A DNA stretch of 64,000 bases from an uncultured delta proteobacterium (lineage in GTDB: Bacteria > Desulfobacterota > Binatia > Binatales > Binataceae), in contig CAWJET010000002.1 in assembly GCA_963842085.1 (NCBI GenBank), forward strand, positions 256,001 to 320,000, in the 5' to 3' direction. The notes beneath the pieces were generated by a model. That model had not been told where the DNA came from, searched no databases, and worked only from the letters and a program-made list of their open reading frames with translations. Positions 40,287 to 49,461 of this stretch are shown here, piece by piece. A program made the translations under genes and the position numbers. Each line of letters begins with the position of its first letter. The first letter of the stretch is position 1.

Positions 40287-41078
40287 CTATGGCCGCGCCA
40301 GCGCGACCGCGACGACAACTGCAGCCAGCACGATTCGATAGATCGCGAAGGAGCGGTAGCTGTGGGTTCGTACGAAGTGCAGCAGGCCGACGATCGCGAG
40401 CAGCCCGAAGACCGCAGAAGCCGTAAAGCCCCATCCGAGTTGGGCGGTGAGGCCCGAGTGGAATAGCTTGCGCGTCTCTATCAGGCCGGCGCCGGCGATG
40501 ATTGGTGTCGCCATGAGGAAAGAGAAATTGGCGGCGTCGGCGCGTTCGATACCGAGGATGCGGGCGGTGGTAATCGTAGCGCCGGAGCGCGAGACGCCGG
40601 GGATTATCGCGAGCGCTTGGCTCAGCCCAATCAGAACGGCGTCGAGGATGGTGAGGTTGTCTATTTTGCGCTTTTCCGACCCCACTGCGTCAGCGGCCCA
40701 CAGAAGAAGCCCCAGGATGGCCATCGCGGGAGCGATCACCCACAGCGGGGAACGTAAAGTCGTCTCGGCTTGCTTCTCGAGCAGGACGCCGATGATGGCG
40801 CCGGGAACCGACGCGACTATCAACAGAAACAGCAACCGGCGCTGGCTACGGTCGCCATTGGCGAGCGATGAGGCCATTTCGAGCCATTCGCGCCAGTAGA
40901 AGACCACCAGCGCCAATAGCGTTCCAAGGTGAAGGACGACATCGAAGGCAAGCCCCGGATCCTCCTGCCATCGGAACAGCCAGGGGACCAATATCAGATG
41001 TGCCGAACTGGAGACAGGGAGAAACTCGGTCAAGCCCTGGATGGCGCCGAGGACGATAGCCTGAAACACAGAAAACAT
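40287..41078 (-). CDS. uppP: Undecaprenyl-diphosphate phosphatase
   Basis: QGLTEFLPVSSSAHL, HLGT, PGVSRSGAT, FAIYR. Confidence 0.95.
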   Translation of the reverse strand: MFSVFQAIVLGAIQGLTEFLPVSSSAHLILVPWLFRWQEDPGLAFDVVLHLGTLLALVVFYWREWLEMASSLANGDRSQRRLLFLLIVASVPGAIIGVLLEKQAETTLRSPLWVIAPAMAILGLLLWAADAVGSEKRKIDNLTILDAVLIGLSQALAIIPGVSRSGATITTARILGIERADAANFSFLMATPIIAGAGLIETRKLFHSGLTAQLGWGFTASAVFGLLAIVGLLHFVRTHSYRSFAIYRIVLAAVVVAVALARP

Positions 41079-41267
41079 AATATTTTCAGATACTTAGAGA
41101 AGAAGGAGCGTTTCGGATGCGATTGCGCCGAGCCGCGGCGATGACCACAAAAAGCGGCGATAGGGTGAATTCATGTCGAACTTGCTCCTTGACCGGCTGG
41201 CTACTTGGCTTAGAATTGGTTCATTATTATATGGGCCTAGAAGAAGAGGGTACCTCAGGAGGCTCTG

Positions 41268-41597
41268 TTGCCTATGAATAAGCTTGCGAGAGGCAAAGTA
41301 ATTCCGTTGCGGGAAATGAGTATAGTCGAGTCCGACGGAGCACCGGACCAGTCTGCGGTGTGGGATCACGTCAATCCGGGCGAACCTCATCCATTTCCGG
41401 TTGTTTCAACTCTGCCACGTTTGCCGGTAATGATCCCTGACGAGATACTGGACTACTACGGATGGGTCTTCTGCCAAGGCGGGTTTCTCAATCTCCAGAT
41501 GACGTTCGAACAATTTCTGGCCGTAGTCGCGGCGGTGAGTCCGGCCGGGTTGAGCCCCGAATACGACGCGAGCGAGGCATCCTACCCCAACGACTGA
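41268..41597 (+). CDS. Hypothetical protein (109 aa)
   Basis: AGGAGG RBS at 41257-41262 and an AT-rich upstream region; no family recognised. Confidence 0.55.
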   Translation: MPMNKLARGKVIPLREMSIVESDGAPDQSAVWDHVNPGEPHPFPVVSTLPRLPVMIPDEILDYYGWVFCQGGFLNLQMTFEQFLAVVAAVSPAGLSPEYDASEASYPND

Positions 41598-41710
41598 TTC
41601 CCAAGATAGTGCGAGACCGTCGTTTCGATGCCCGCCCGGGCGCACTCGGGCGGGCATCGACTTTCGTGACATTCGATTCTCATGATTTTGGCTGGAGGAG
41701 CGCCGTGGGT

Positions 41711-42427
41711 TCAGTTGCCCCCGGAGGAACCTTTTTTCGGCTCGCTCAGCAGGGTGTTCCTGATCCAGACGCTGGTCAGACTGTCCGCGTCGGGCGATTT
41801 GAGACCATTATCCTGCGCGATTTGCCGCCAGTTGTCCTCGTTGCCCGTCGCCCGCTTGGCGAGAGCCTTCAAGTCCTCGTTAGGCAGCAGGGCGTAGTTG
41901 ACGCCGCCCTCCTTGGGTGTGCCGCCCGACGGTGGGAATTGCGCGGCCAGTTGATCTATCTTACCGAACAGGTTCAGGCGCGTGGTGGCCTGGTACTTGG
42001 AGATGTCCTGGTCGGGAATGTCCTCGGCGCGGACATTGACGATAACGCGGGAGCTGCGGGCGGTAAGCGGCACGACTTCAATCTCGTAGCGGTATTGCGG
42101 ATGCATACCGACGAGACTGCCGAGAATGCCGGGGCCGGTGTCGGCGTCCTTCCACAGCGTGACGAGCTTGTCGTCGGGCTTGACCTCAAACAGGACGCCC
42201 TCGCCGCGCAGCACATCCTGGGTCAGAACGAAGGTGTCATTCACGGTGTAGGGGACGTCGTGTTGCTGGCCCTCGGCGGCATCGGTGCCGCCGCCTGCGG
42301 CGCGGTTGGCGAAAAATGGAGCGTAGTAGCATCCCGCGCAGAGCAGGATCGAAGAGACGATCGCGATCTTTCGAAATTGCCGGAACACAGCCCGCACCAC
42401 ACTGATCACAACCGCTAAAGAAACCAT
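41711..42427 (-). CDS. Lipoprotein with C-terminal LysM-like segment
   Basis: Lipobox LCAGC; EDLKALAKRATGNEDNWRQIAQDNGL. Confidence 0.65.
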   Translation of the reverse strand: MVSLAVVISVVRAVFRQFRKIAIVSSILLCAGCYYAPFFANRAAGGGTDAAEGQQHDVPYTVNDTFVLTQDVLRGEGVLFEVKPDDKLVTLWKDADTGPGILGSLVGMHPQYRYEIEVVPLTARSSRVIVNVRAEDIPDQDISKYQATTRLNLFGKIDQLAAQFPPSGGTPKEGGVNYALLPNEDLKALAKRATGNEDNWRQIAQDNGLKSPDADSLTSVWIRNTLLSEPKKGSSGGN

Positions 42428-42535
42428 GACAGTTTCATGCGCGCAAGACGAACCAGCGGGGCTTTCTGCCCCAACGGCATCGCATGGGTCTGAGATTGCG
42501 CGACCGGCCCGCAGACGCTAATCAAATATACCCTC

Positions 42536-43897
42536 ATGGCGGACACAGAAAAGAATTCATCGCGCCACGTGATTGCCGTGGTTGGAGCCGCGACGGCGGG
42601 CTCGGAAATCGCGCGGATCCTGGCGGAGCATGGCGTGCTGGTGATCGTGTTCGAGCAGAATTCGCGTCCTTACGGAAAAATCGAAGACGGCTTGCCGCGA
42701 TGGCACGTCAAGCAGCGCCTGGATGAGTACGAGGAAATCAACAAGCGCCTCGATCATCCGAACGTCGAATACGTGCCGATGACGCGGATGGGGCGCGAGC
42801 TCGATTTCGAAGACCTGCGGACTGCGTGGGGGCTCAGTGCAATCGTGCTGACGCACGGCGCATGGCGGGATCGTCCGTTTCCGGTCGAGGGCGCCGACCA
42901 GTTCATCGATCGCGGCCTCGTCTACCAGAACAAGCTGATCTACTGGTTCAATCACTACCCGCAAAAGAACTACGACGGCCCGCGCTATGAGCTGACTCCG
43001 GGAACCATCGTCGTGGGCGGCGGACTCGCGTCGATCGACGTGGTCAAGGTCCTGCAAATCGAGACGACGCTCGCGGCGCTTACGGCGCGCGGCATCGCCA
43101 GCGACATGCTCGCGCTCGAGCGCGAGGGAATCGAGCCAGTGCTGAATGCGAGCGGGCTGAAGTACGCCGACCTCGGCGTCGCACCCTGCAAGCTGTACTA
43201 TCGCCGCCGCGTGCTCGACATGCCGCTGTCGGACATTCCCGCCGACGCGCCGGCCAAGCGCGCCGACGCGCTCAGGCAGGCGCGCGCGAAGATCCTGGAG
43301 AAGGCGCAGCGCAAGTTCCTATTCGAGTTCCAGGAATTGCGTGCGCCGAGCGGGTTGCTCGTAGAGAACGCCTTGATGGTCGGGGTGAACTTCAGCCGCA
43401 CGGAGGTCGCCGACGGGCAGGTGCGCGTCGTCCAGGCGGGTGTGGAGTCCGCGCGCGCGAAGCTGACGATAAGCTCGATCGGGAGCATCCCGGAACCAAT
43501 TCCCGGCATCCCGCAGAAGGGCGAGGTTTATACTTACGTCGATCAGAAGATCGGCCTGCTGATGGATGGTCCGACCGCGGTGTTTGCGGCCGGCAACGTG
43601 CTGACGGGCAAGGGCAATATCAAGGACTCGCTCGAAAGCGGCACCGAGATTGGAACGCTGGTGGCCGAGGCGTACCTGGGATTGTCGGATGAGAAATTGA
43701 ATATCGCGGAGGGCGCGCGCCAAGCAGCAGCGGCCGCGGGCGAGAAGATTGCGGGCGCAATGAGCGTGCGGCAAAAAATCGCGCCGGATCACGTGGTGAG
43801 ACTGATCGGGCACGTGCACAAACGCCAGCGTGCGGTCGGTTACGACGGCAACTATCGCGCATGGATCGCGAAGGTCACGCCGCCCGACTTGCGCTAG
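42536..43897 (+). CDS. FAD/NAD(P) oxidoreductase, ferredoxin-NADP reductase (AdR/FprA)-like
   Basis: VVGAATAG, PYGKIEDG.P..H, VVGGGLASIDV, YRRR, SIG. Confidence 0.7.
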   Translation: MADTEKNSSRHVIAVVGAATAGSEIARILAEHGVLVIVFEQNSRPYGKIEDGLPRWHVKQRLDEYEEINKRLDHPNVEYVPMTRMGRELDFEDLRTAWGLSAIVLTHGAWRDRPFPVEGADQFIDRGLVYQNKLIYWFNHYPQKNYDGPRYELTPGTIVVGGGLASIDVVKVLQIETTLAALTARGIASDMLALEREGIEPVLNASGLKYADLGVAPCKLYYRRRVLDMPLSDIPADAPAKRADALRQARAKILEKAQRKFLFEFQELRAPSGLLVENALMVGVNFSRTEVADGQVRVVQAGVESARAKLTISSIGSIPEPIPGIPQKGEVYTYVDQKIGLLMDGPTAVFAAGNVLTGKGNIKDSLESGTEIGTLVAEAYLGLSDEKLNIAEGARQAAAAAGEKIAGAMSVRQKIAPDHVVRLIGHVHKRQRAVGYDGNYRAWIAKVTPPDLR

Positions 43898-44006
43898 AAT
43901 TTTCGCGCGCGGCCCGGCGCCTGCTTCATCCCGACTTCTTCTTCGAGTTTTGCCTCGTTGCGTTCGCGACTATAGGCTCATCGGATGACGGCAAAGGAGG
44001 TGCGGT

Positions 44007-45254
44007 GTGGACGAACTCAAGCGAACTGACCCGGAAATTTATCAGCTCATCAAGGAAGAAGAGCGGTACGAGATCGATTCGGTCCGGCTGATCGCGTCGG
44101 AGAATTACGTTTCCAAGGCCGTGCTGGAGGCGACCGGCTCGATTCTCACCAACAAATATTCCGAAGGCTATCCGGGACGCCGCTACTACGAGGGTCAGCG
44201 CAACATCGATCAGATCGAAGAGCTGGCGGTAGCGCGCGCGCGGGCGCTGTTCAAAGTCGATCACGCAAACGTCCAGCCGTACTCGGGCTCGCCGGCGAAT
44301 CTCGCAGTCTATTTCGGGCTGCTCAAGCCGGGCGACACGATCATGGGCCTGGCGCTGCCGCACGGCGGGCATCTGACGCACGGATGGCCGGTGAGCATCA
44401 CGGGCACTTTCTGGCGTTCCGCGCAGTACGTGGTGGATCGCGAGAGTCACGTCGTGGACTTCGACCAGGTCCGCGCGATGGCGCGCAAGGAGCGGCCGAA
44501 AATCATCGTGACCGGGGGCACGGCGTATCCGCGGCTGTGGGACTTCAAGAGTTTCAGCGAGGTCGCCAAGGAAGTCGGCGCGTTGCTGCTCGCCGACATT
44601 TCGCATGTCGCGGGACTGATCGTTGGCGGCGTGCATCCGGATCCCGCGCCCTACGCCGACGTGATTACGACCACCACCCACAAGACGCTGCGCGGTCCGC
44701 GCGGTGCGATGATCATGTGCCGCAACGAATACGCCGAGGCGATCGACAAGGCAGTTTTTCCCGGCTTGCAGGGCGGTCCGCACAATCATACGACGGCGGC
44801 GATCGCGGTGGCGCTGAAGGAAGCATCGACGCCGGAGTTCAAGACGTACGCAAAAAAAGTAGTGAGCAACGCCAAGACGCTCGCCGACGAATTGCTCGCG
44901 CGCGGATTCAGCCTGGTCTCGGGCGGCACCGACAATCATCTGATCCTGGTCGATTTGACGAACAAGAAAGTGATCGCCAAGAAAGGCGCGAAGGCGCTCG
45001 ACGCGGCCGGCATCGTTTGCAACTACAACACCGTCCCGTACGATCCGCGCAAGCCGTTCAGCCCGAGCGGGCTTCGCCTCGGCACGCCGGCAGTAACCTC
45101 GCGCGGAATGGGTGACGCCGAGATGCGGCAGATCGCGAAGTTCATGGACGAGGCGATCGCGCACGCGGGCGACGAGGCGGCGCTGCGGCGCATCGCAGCC
45201 GCCGTCACCGAGATGTGCCGCAGCTTCCCCGCGCCGGGAATTGCGATCAATTAG
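44007..45254 (+). CDS. glyA: Serine hydroxymethyltransferase
   Basis: LIASEN, NKYSEGYPG.RYY, GGHLTHG, TTTHKTLRGPRG, FPGLQGGP, GGTDNHL. Confidence 0.96.
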   Translation: MDELKRTDPEIYQLIKEEERYEIDSVRLIASENYVSKAVLEATGSILTNKYSEGYPGRRYYEGQRNIDQIEELAVARARALFKVDHANVQPYSGSPANLAVYFGLLKPGDTIMGLALPHGGHLTHGWPVSITGTFWRSAQYVVDRESHVVDFDQVRAMARKERPKIIVTGGTAYPRLWDFKSFSEVAKEVGALLLADISHVAGLIVGGVHPDPAPYADVITTTTHKTLRGPRGAMIMCRNEYAEAIDKAVFPGLQGGPHNHTTAAIAVALKEASTPEFKTYAKKVVSNAKTLADELLARGFSLVSGGTDNHLILVDLTNKKVIAKKGAKALDAAGIVCNYNTVPYDPRKPFSPSGLRLGTPAVTSRGMGDAEMRQIAKFMDEAIAHAGDEAALRRIAAAVTEMCRSFPAPGIAIN

Positions 45255-45271
45255 CCGGCAACCTCGAATAC

Positions 45272-45302
45272 GTGTTATCAGTGGGTGCAGGGGTCACCCC
45301 TG
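45272..45302 (-). repeat. Dispersed double-hairpin element, partial copy D (second hairpin, inverted)
   Basis: Reverse complement CAGGGGTGACCCCTGCACCCACTGATAACAC matches copy C CAGAGGTGACCCCTGCACCCAGTGTTAGGAC. Confidence 0.7.
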
Positions 45303-45304
45303 TC

Positions 45305-46387
45305 ATGGCAAAAATAAAAGTTGAACGTGGCCTTAATCTTGGGACCCCGTACACGCCTGACATGCAGGATGGCGGGAAACGCCCCGAGCCGACGTGGAGC
45401 ACGATTCGCGACCAGGTGCGCGAGGCCGATGCGCTCGGATACGACACGATTGTCGCGGTGGAAACGCAGCACGACCCGTATCTTGAACTCGCAGTGGCGG
45501 CGCAGGAACCGTCGAAGGTCGAGCTGGCGACCGGGATCGCGCTTGCATTCACCAAGAGTCCGGTCGCGACCGCGTACACCGCCTGGGATTTGCAACGCAT
45601 GAGTGGCGGGCGGCTGGTGCTCGGACTCGGCTCGCAGGTCAAAGGCCACGTGATGCGACGCTTCGGGATGCCGTGGTCGAAGCCCGCGCAGCGGATGAAG
45701 GACTACGTCGGTGCGATGCGCGCGTGCTGGCGCACCTGGCAGACTCGCGAGCCGTTCAACTTTCAGAGCGAGCACTACAATCTCTCGCTGATGACGCCGA
45801 ACTTCGCGCCACCGCCGCAGTCGAATCCGAATATCCCGGTGCTGATCGCCGCGGTGCAGGAGCGGATGCTGCAAGTCGCGGGTGAAGTGTGCGAGGGCGT
45901 GCGACTGCACGGGATCGTCACGCGTAAATATCTCGATCAGATCGCGTTCCCGAATCTGAAGAAGGGCTTCGACAAGTCCGGCAAGCGCGCTGCGGAATGG
46001 AGCAATTTTCAGATTGGCGGCGGCGGCTTTCTATGCGCCGGAAAAGACCGGGACTCGCTCGCGCGTGCGGTCAGCGGAATGAAATCGACGATCGCGTTTT
46101 ACGGCTCGACGCGCTCGTATCGTTCCAGCTTTGAAATAGACGGATGGGGCGACGCGGCCGACCAGTTGCACAAATTATCCGTGCAACAGAAGTGGCCCGA
46201 GATGGCAAAGCTGGTGACCGACGAGATGGTGCACGCGTTCGCGGCGGTCGGAACCTATGACGAGATCGCGGGAGTGATGAAGAAGCGCTTTGCCGGGGTG
46301 AACCGGCTCTCGTTCGACATGCCGGTGAAGAACGATCACGATCGCGGCGTGCTTAAAGAGATCATCCAGGACCTGCGGCGGCAGTAG
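45305..46387 (+). CDS. LLM-class, probably F420-dependent oxidoreductase (TIGR03617-like)
   Basis: ETQHDP, TGIALAF..SP, AWDLQ.MSGGR..LGLGSQVKGH, IAFYGST..Y; cofD/cofE lie in the window. Confidence 0.85.
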   Translation: MAKIKVERGLNLGTPYTPDMQDGGKRPEPTWSTIRDQVREADALGYDTIVAVETQHDPYLELAVAAQEPSKVELATGIALAFTKSPVATAYTAWDLQRMSGGRLVLGLGSQVKGHVMRRFGMPWSKPAQRMKDYVGAMRACWRTWQTREPFNFQSEHYNLSLMTPNFAPPPQSNPNIPVLIAAVQERMLQVAGEVCEGVRLHGIVTRKYLDQIAFPNLKKGFDKSGKRAAEWSNFQIGGGGFLCAGKDRDSLARAVSGMKSTIAFYGSTRSYRSSFEIDGWGDAADQLHKLSVQQKWPEMAKLVTDEMVHAFAAVGTYDEIAGVMKKRFAGVNRLSFDMPVKNDHDRGVLKEIIQDLRRQ

Positions 46388-46393
46388 CCGAGT

Positions 46394-47095
46394 TCATGCG
46401 AGCGGCGGGTTGATGTCGGACCAGAGGCGGCGCATCAACTCGATATGAGTCTCGACGGCCCATAGCGTCTCGGCCGCGGCGCTCTCGGGTATCGCGCGGA
46501 AGATCGAACCGGCGCTCGAGTCGCCGTGATCCTTGTCAACCTTGACGTGAACGCTGAAGAACAGCAGCGCGTCGTCGGAGAGCTGGTAGTGGCGGCGGAG
46601 TCCGTCGATCACGCGGACGTAGGCGTCGGGGTTGAAAAGCTCGGAGCCGAGGCTGATCCCGGCGAGCGTGACGTACCACGGTTTCGACTCGGCCAGCCAG
46701 TACATCCAATGCATCATCGCGGTCGCGTCGGCGGTCATGCGGGCGTTCAGCAATTGTGCGCGCGAGATTCCGATCGCCTCGCCGAATTCGAGGTAGAGTT
46801 CGGGATGCGATCGATTGGCGCCGGAGACGCGGCCGAGTTCCTCTTCGATTAGATTTTCGACGATCGCTTTGCGCGCTGGGAAATCGTCGCATTTCGCATA
46901 GATGAGGCCGAGGATGTTGGCGTTGTGCGCCTTGTTACCGATGAAGAGTTGCGTTGCCCAATGGCGAAGCTGGGGCATCGACAATTCGCCGCGCTCAATC
47001 TTCTCGATGGTCGGGTGCGAGCGCAGCGTGCGATTGTTGCGCTCGAGTTTTTCGATCAAGGTTTTCAGCTGGCGCGTTCCTTTTTCGACATCCAT
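46394..47095 (-). CDS. Heme-oxygenase-like diiron oxidase (HDO; CADD/PqqC/TenA fold)
   Basis: NLIEEELG..SHPELY, GSE and FFSVHVKVDKDH give the E/H/E/H-x3-D-x2-H ligand set. Confidence 0.82.
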   Translation of the reverse strand: MDVEKGTRQLKTLIEKLERNNRTLRSHPTIEKIERGELSMPQLRHWATQLFIGNKAHNANILGLIYAKCDDFPARKAIVENLIEEELGRVSGANRSHPELYLEFGEAIGISRAQLLNARMTADATAMMHWMYWLAESKPWYVTLAGISLGSELFNPDAYVRVIDGLRRHYQLSDDALLFFSVHVKVDKDHGDSSAGSIFRAIPESAAAETLWAVETHIELMRRLWSDINPPLA

Positions 47096-47097
47096 GA

Positions 47098-48762
47098 TCA
47101 AGTTCCTCGTGGCGCGGCCGGTCCGGAAGCCAACGGGACGCGTTCAGCGGCGAGTTTGCCGGCAATCTCGCGGCGCAGCTCCGCTTTCCTGATCTTGCCG
47201 ACGTTGGTAAGCGGCAGTTCGCGCAGGATTTCGATTCGTTCGGGCCATTTGAATTGCGAGACGCCGCGGGCCGCAAGAAATTCGCGCACCGCGGAGAGCG
47301 CCAGAGTCTCTCCATCACGCAGAGATAAGTAGGCGCACACCTTTTCACCGAGAACGGGATCGGGCATTGCCACTACCGCGGCCACGCTGACCGCAGGATG
47401 CGCGATCAAGTGCGCTTCGATTTCCTCGGCGTTGATCTTCTCGCCGCCGCGATTGATCAGGTCCTTGATTCTTCCCTCGACGACGAGATTTCCGGACGGA
47501 CCGAGCCGCACCAGGTCACCAGTGCGGTAGAATCCGTCGGGAGTAAACGCCTCGCGGTTGCGTTCCGGCGCGCGGAAGTAGCCACGAATCGTGTACGGGC
47601 CGCGGCACCATAATTCGCCGACCGCACCGGTCGCCACCTCTGTTCCGTCAGTATCGACGATCCGGATCTCGTCGGCCGGTGAAAGTGGGCGGCCTTGTGT
47701 CGTGAATGCGACGTCGTCGCGTTCGTCCAGGCGCGTGTAGCACAACAATCCTTCAGACATGCCGAGCACCTGCTGTACGACGAGATGCGGGAAGGCGCTC
47801 TTGAGAGCGCGTGCGGCCGGCTCCTGGAGCCGTTGACCGCCAACCGTGATGACGCGCAGCGAGGCAAAACTGGCGCGTGAAGAGTGCGGGAGATCGAGGA
47901 TTGCGATTGCAACCGCCGGAACGCATGGCAGGTGAGTAATCCGTTCACGCTCGATTATGCTCGCGAGCTCCTCGGCCTTGGTGGATTGACTGAAGAACGT
48001 GCGCCCGCCGGTGAGCAGCGCGCCGAGCAATCCGGGGCATGCCAGGGGAAAGTTGTGCTCGGCGGGAAGCGCAATCAGGATGCGCGATTCGGATGTGAGG
48101 CCCGATGCGGCGGCGGACTCGCGCGCGTTATACAAATAATCCGCGTGAGTGCGCGGTATGAGCTTCGGCATTCCGGTGGTACCGCCGGAAAGCAGGAACA
48201 ATGCAACGTCGAATGGATCGCCGGCCGATGAACCAATGGCGCGCGACGAACCGTCATCCGCACGCAGCCGGACGCATCCATCAGCCGGAGCCGTCGAAAG
48301 AATGGACTTCAGAACCGGTAACCGACTTTTGAGTTCGCGCGCGAGCGCGACGTGATCGAAGCCGCGATACTCGGGTGCGATCGCGATCGCCTTGGCGTCC
48401 GAGAACGACACCAGATACTCGAGTTCGGCTCTGCGAAAGGCCGGCAGCGCCATCACGGGAAGCGCGCCGATTTCAAGACATGCGATAGTCAACGCCGCGA
48501 ATTCGATGCCATTTGGTAGTTGAATAACGACGCGATCGTTGCGCGCGATTCCGCAGCTGGAAAGGAGGGCCGCGAGCCGTCCCGCTTCACCGAGAAGTTG
48601 CGAGTAGGTGAGACTTCCAGTCGCGTCGCCGACTGCGGTTGAGTCGGGGCGCTCGCACGCAGTCCTGGCGATAGCCTGGGGGATGGTTTCGCCGCGCCAG
48701 ACTCCCGCGCGAACGTATCGCTCGGCAAAGTCTGCGGGGAATGGTGTACATCCTTCGAGCAT
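47098..48762 (-). CDS. Aryl-acid adenylating enzyme, EntE/PchD-like (salicylate-type signature)
   Basis: LSGGTTGMPKLIPRTH, HNFPLACPG, QQVLGMSEGLLCYTR, RGPYTIRGYF, GFYRTGD, TNVGKI. Confidence 0.88.
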   Translation of the reverse strand: MLEGCTPFPADFAERYVRAGVWRGETIPQAIARTACERPDSTAVGDATGSLTYSQLLGEAGRLAALLSSCGIARNDRVVIQLPNGIEFAALTIACLEIGALPVMALPAFRRAELEYLVSFSDAKAIAIAPEYRGFDHVALARELKSRLPVLKSILSTAPADGCVRLRADDGSSRAIGSSAGDPFDVALFLLSGGTTGMPKLIPRTHADYLYNARESAAASGLTSESRILIALPAEHNFPLACPGLLGALLTGGRTFFSQSTKAEELASIIERERITHLPCVPAVAIAILDLPHSSRASFASLRVITVGGQRLQEPAARALKSAFPHLVVQQVLGMSEGLLCYTRLDERDDVAFTTQGRPLSPADEIRIVDTDGTEVATGAVGELWCRGPYTIRGYFRAPERNREAFTPDGFYRTGDLVRLGPSGNLVVEGRIKDLINRGGEKINAEEIEAHLIAHPAVSVAAVVAMPDPVLGEKVCAYLSLRDGETLALSAVREFLAARGVSQFKWPERIEILRELPLTNVGKIRKAELRREIAGKLAAERVPLASGPAAPRGT

Positions 48763-48789
48763 TGTCGTGGTGCGGCGGCGTCCGTCGGC

Positions 48790-49452
48790 TCAGCGGACCG
48801 TCAGAGTCCCCGCAATCATGCGGAAACATTCGTCCATTATGCGGCCGCGCTGCTCGTAATCGCGCGCCGGCTCGTACCAGGTATAAAACCAGTTCATCGC
48901 ACCGAACAGCAGCGAAGTGAGGATTCGCGCCTGCTCGCGGTCCAGGGTCTTGTTGCGATGCGCGGCGTAGCCTTCGAGCAATCGGCGGCAGATACGGGAG
49001 TACTCGCGCTTGAGCCGCGTGATGTCGGCGGCGTAGCGGCCGGTCAGCGAGTCAGCCTCGCGCACCAGTACCTTCATCTCGGCGAGATTGCCCATGTGGT
49101 ATTCGAGATGACTTCGGATGAAGAGCCGCAGGCGCTCTTCGGGATCGTCGGTCTCCGACATTCGCGATTCCGCGAGCGAGACCAGCTGTTCGAACGCGCG
49201 CCGCGAGATGAGGTAGAGCAGCTCTTCCTTGTTGCGGAGGTAGTAGTAGATGCGTGGAAAGGAAATTCGTGCGCGCGCGGCGATGTCGCGAATGGACGCG
49301 AGGCCGAAACTCTTCTCGGCAAAGACGGCGGCAGCGGAGCGTAAAATGTGATCGATGTTTGCATCGTAGCGCTCGTCGGGCGCCATCGCGCGCGCGGCCG
49401 GCTTGATTCGCGCGACCCGCCGAGGCGCTCCATCGAGATTCGACTTCTTCAA
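48790..49452 (-). CDS. TetR-family regulator (PaaR/KstR2-like C-terminal domain)
   Basis: HTH SIRDIAARA...YYYLRNKEELL; C-terminal FGAMNWFYTWY. Confidence 0.88.
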   Translation of the reverse strand: MKKSNLDGAPRRVARIKPAARAMAPDERYDANIDHILRSAAAVFAEKSFGLASIRDIAARARISFPRIYYYLRNKEELLYLISRRAFEQLVSLAESRMSETDDPEERLRLFIRSHLEYHMGNLAEMKVLVREADSLTGRYAADITRLKREYSRICRRLLEGYAAHRNKTLDREQARILTSLLFGAMNWFYTWYEPARDYEQRGRIMDECFRMIAGTLTVR

Positions 49453-49461
49453 TTCATCACC

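Noticed and set aside
47098-48762. Siderophore NRPS cluster
   Set aside because: No carrier protein, condensation domains, chorismate enzymes, transporters or Fur-like box nearby
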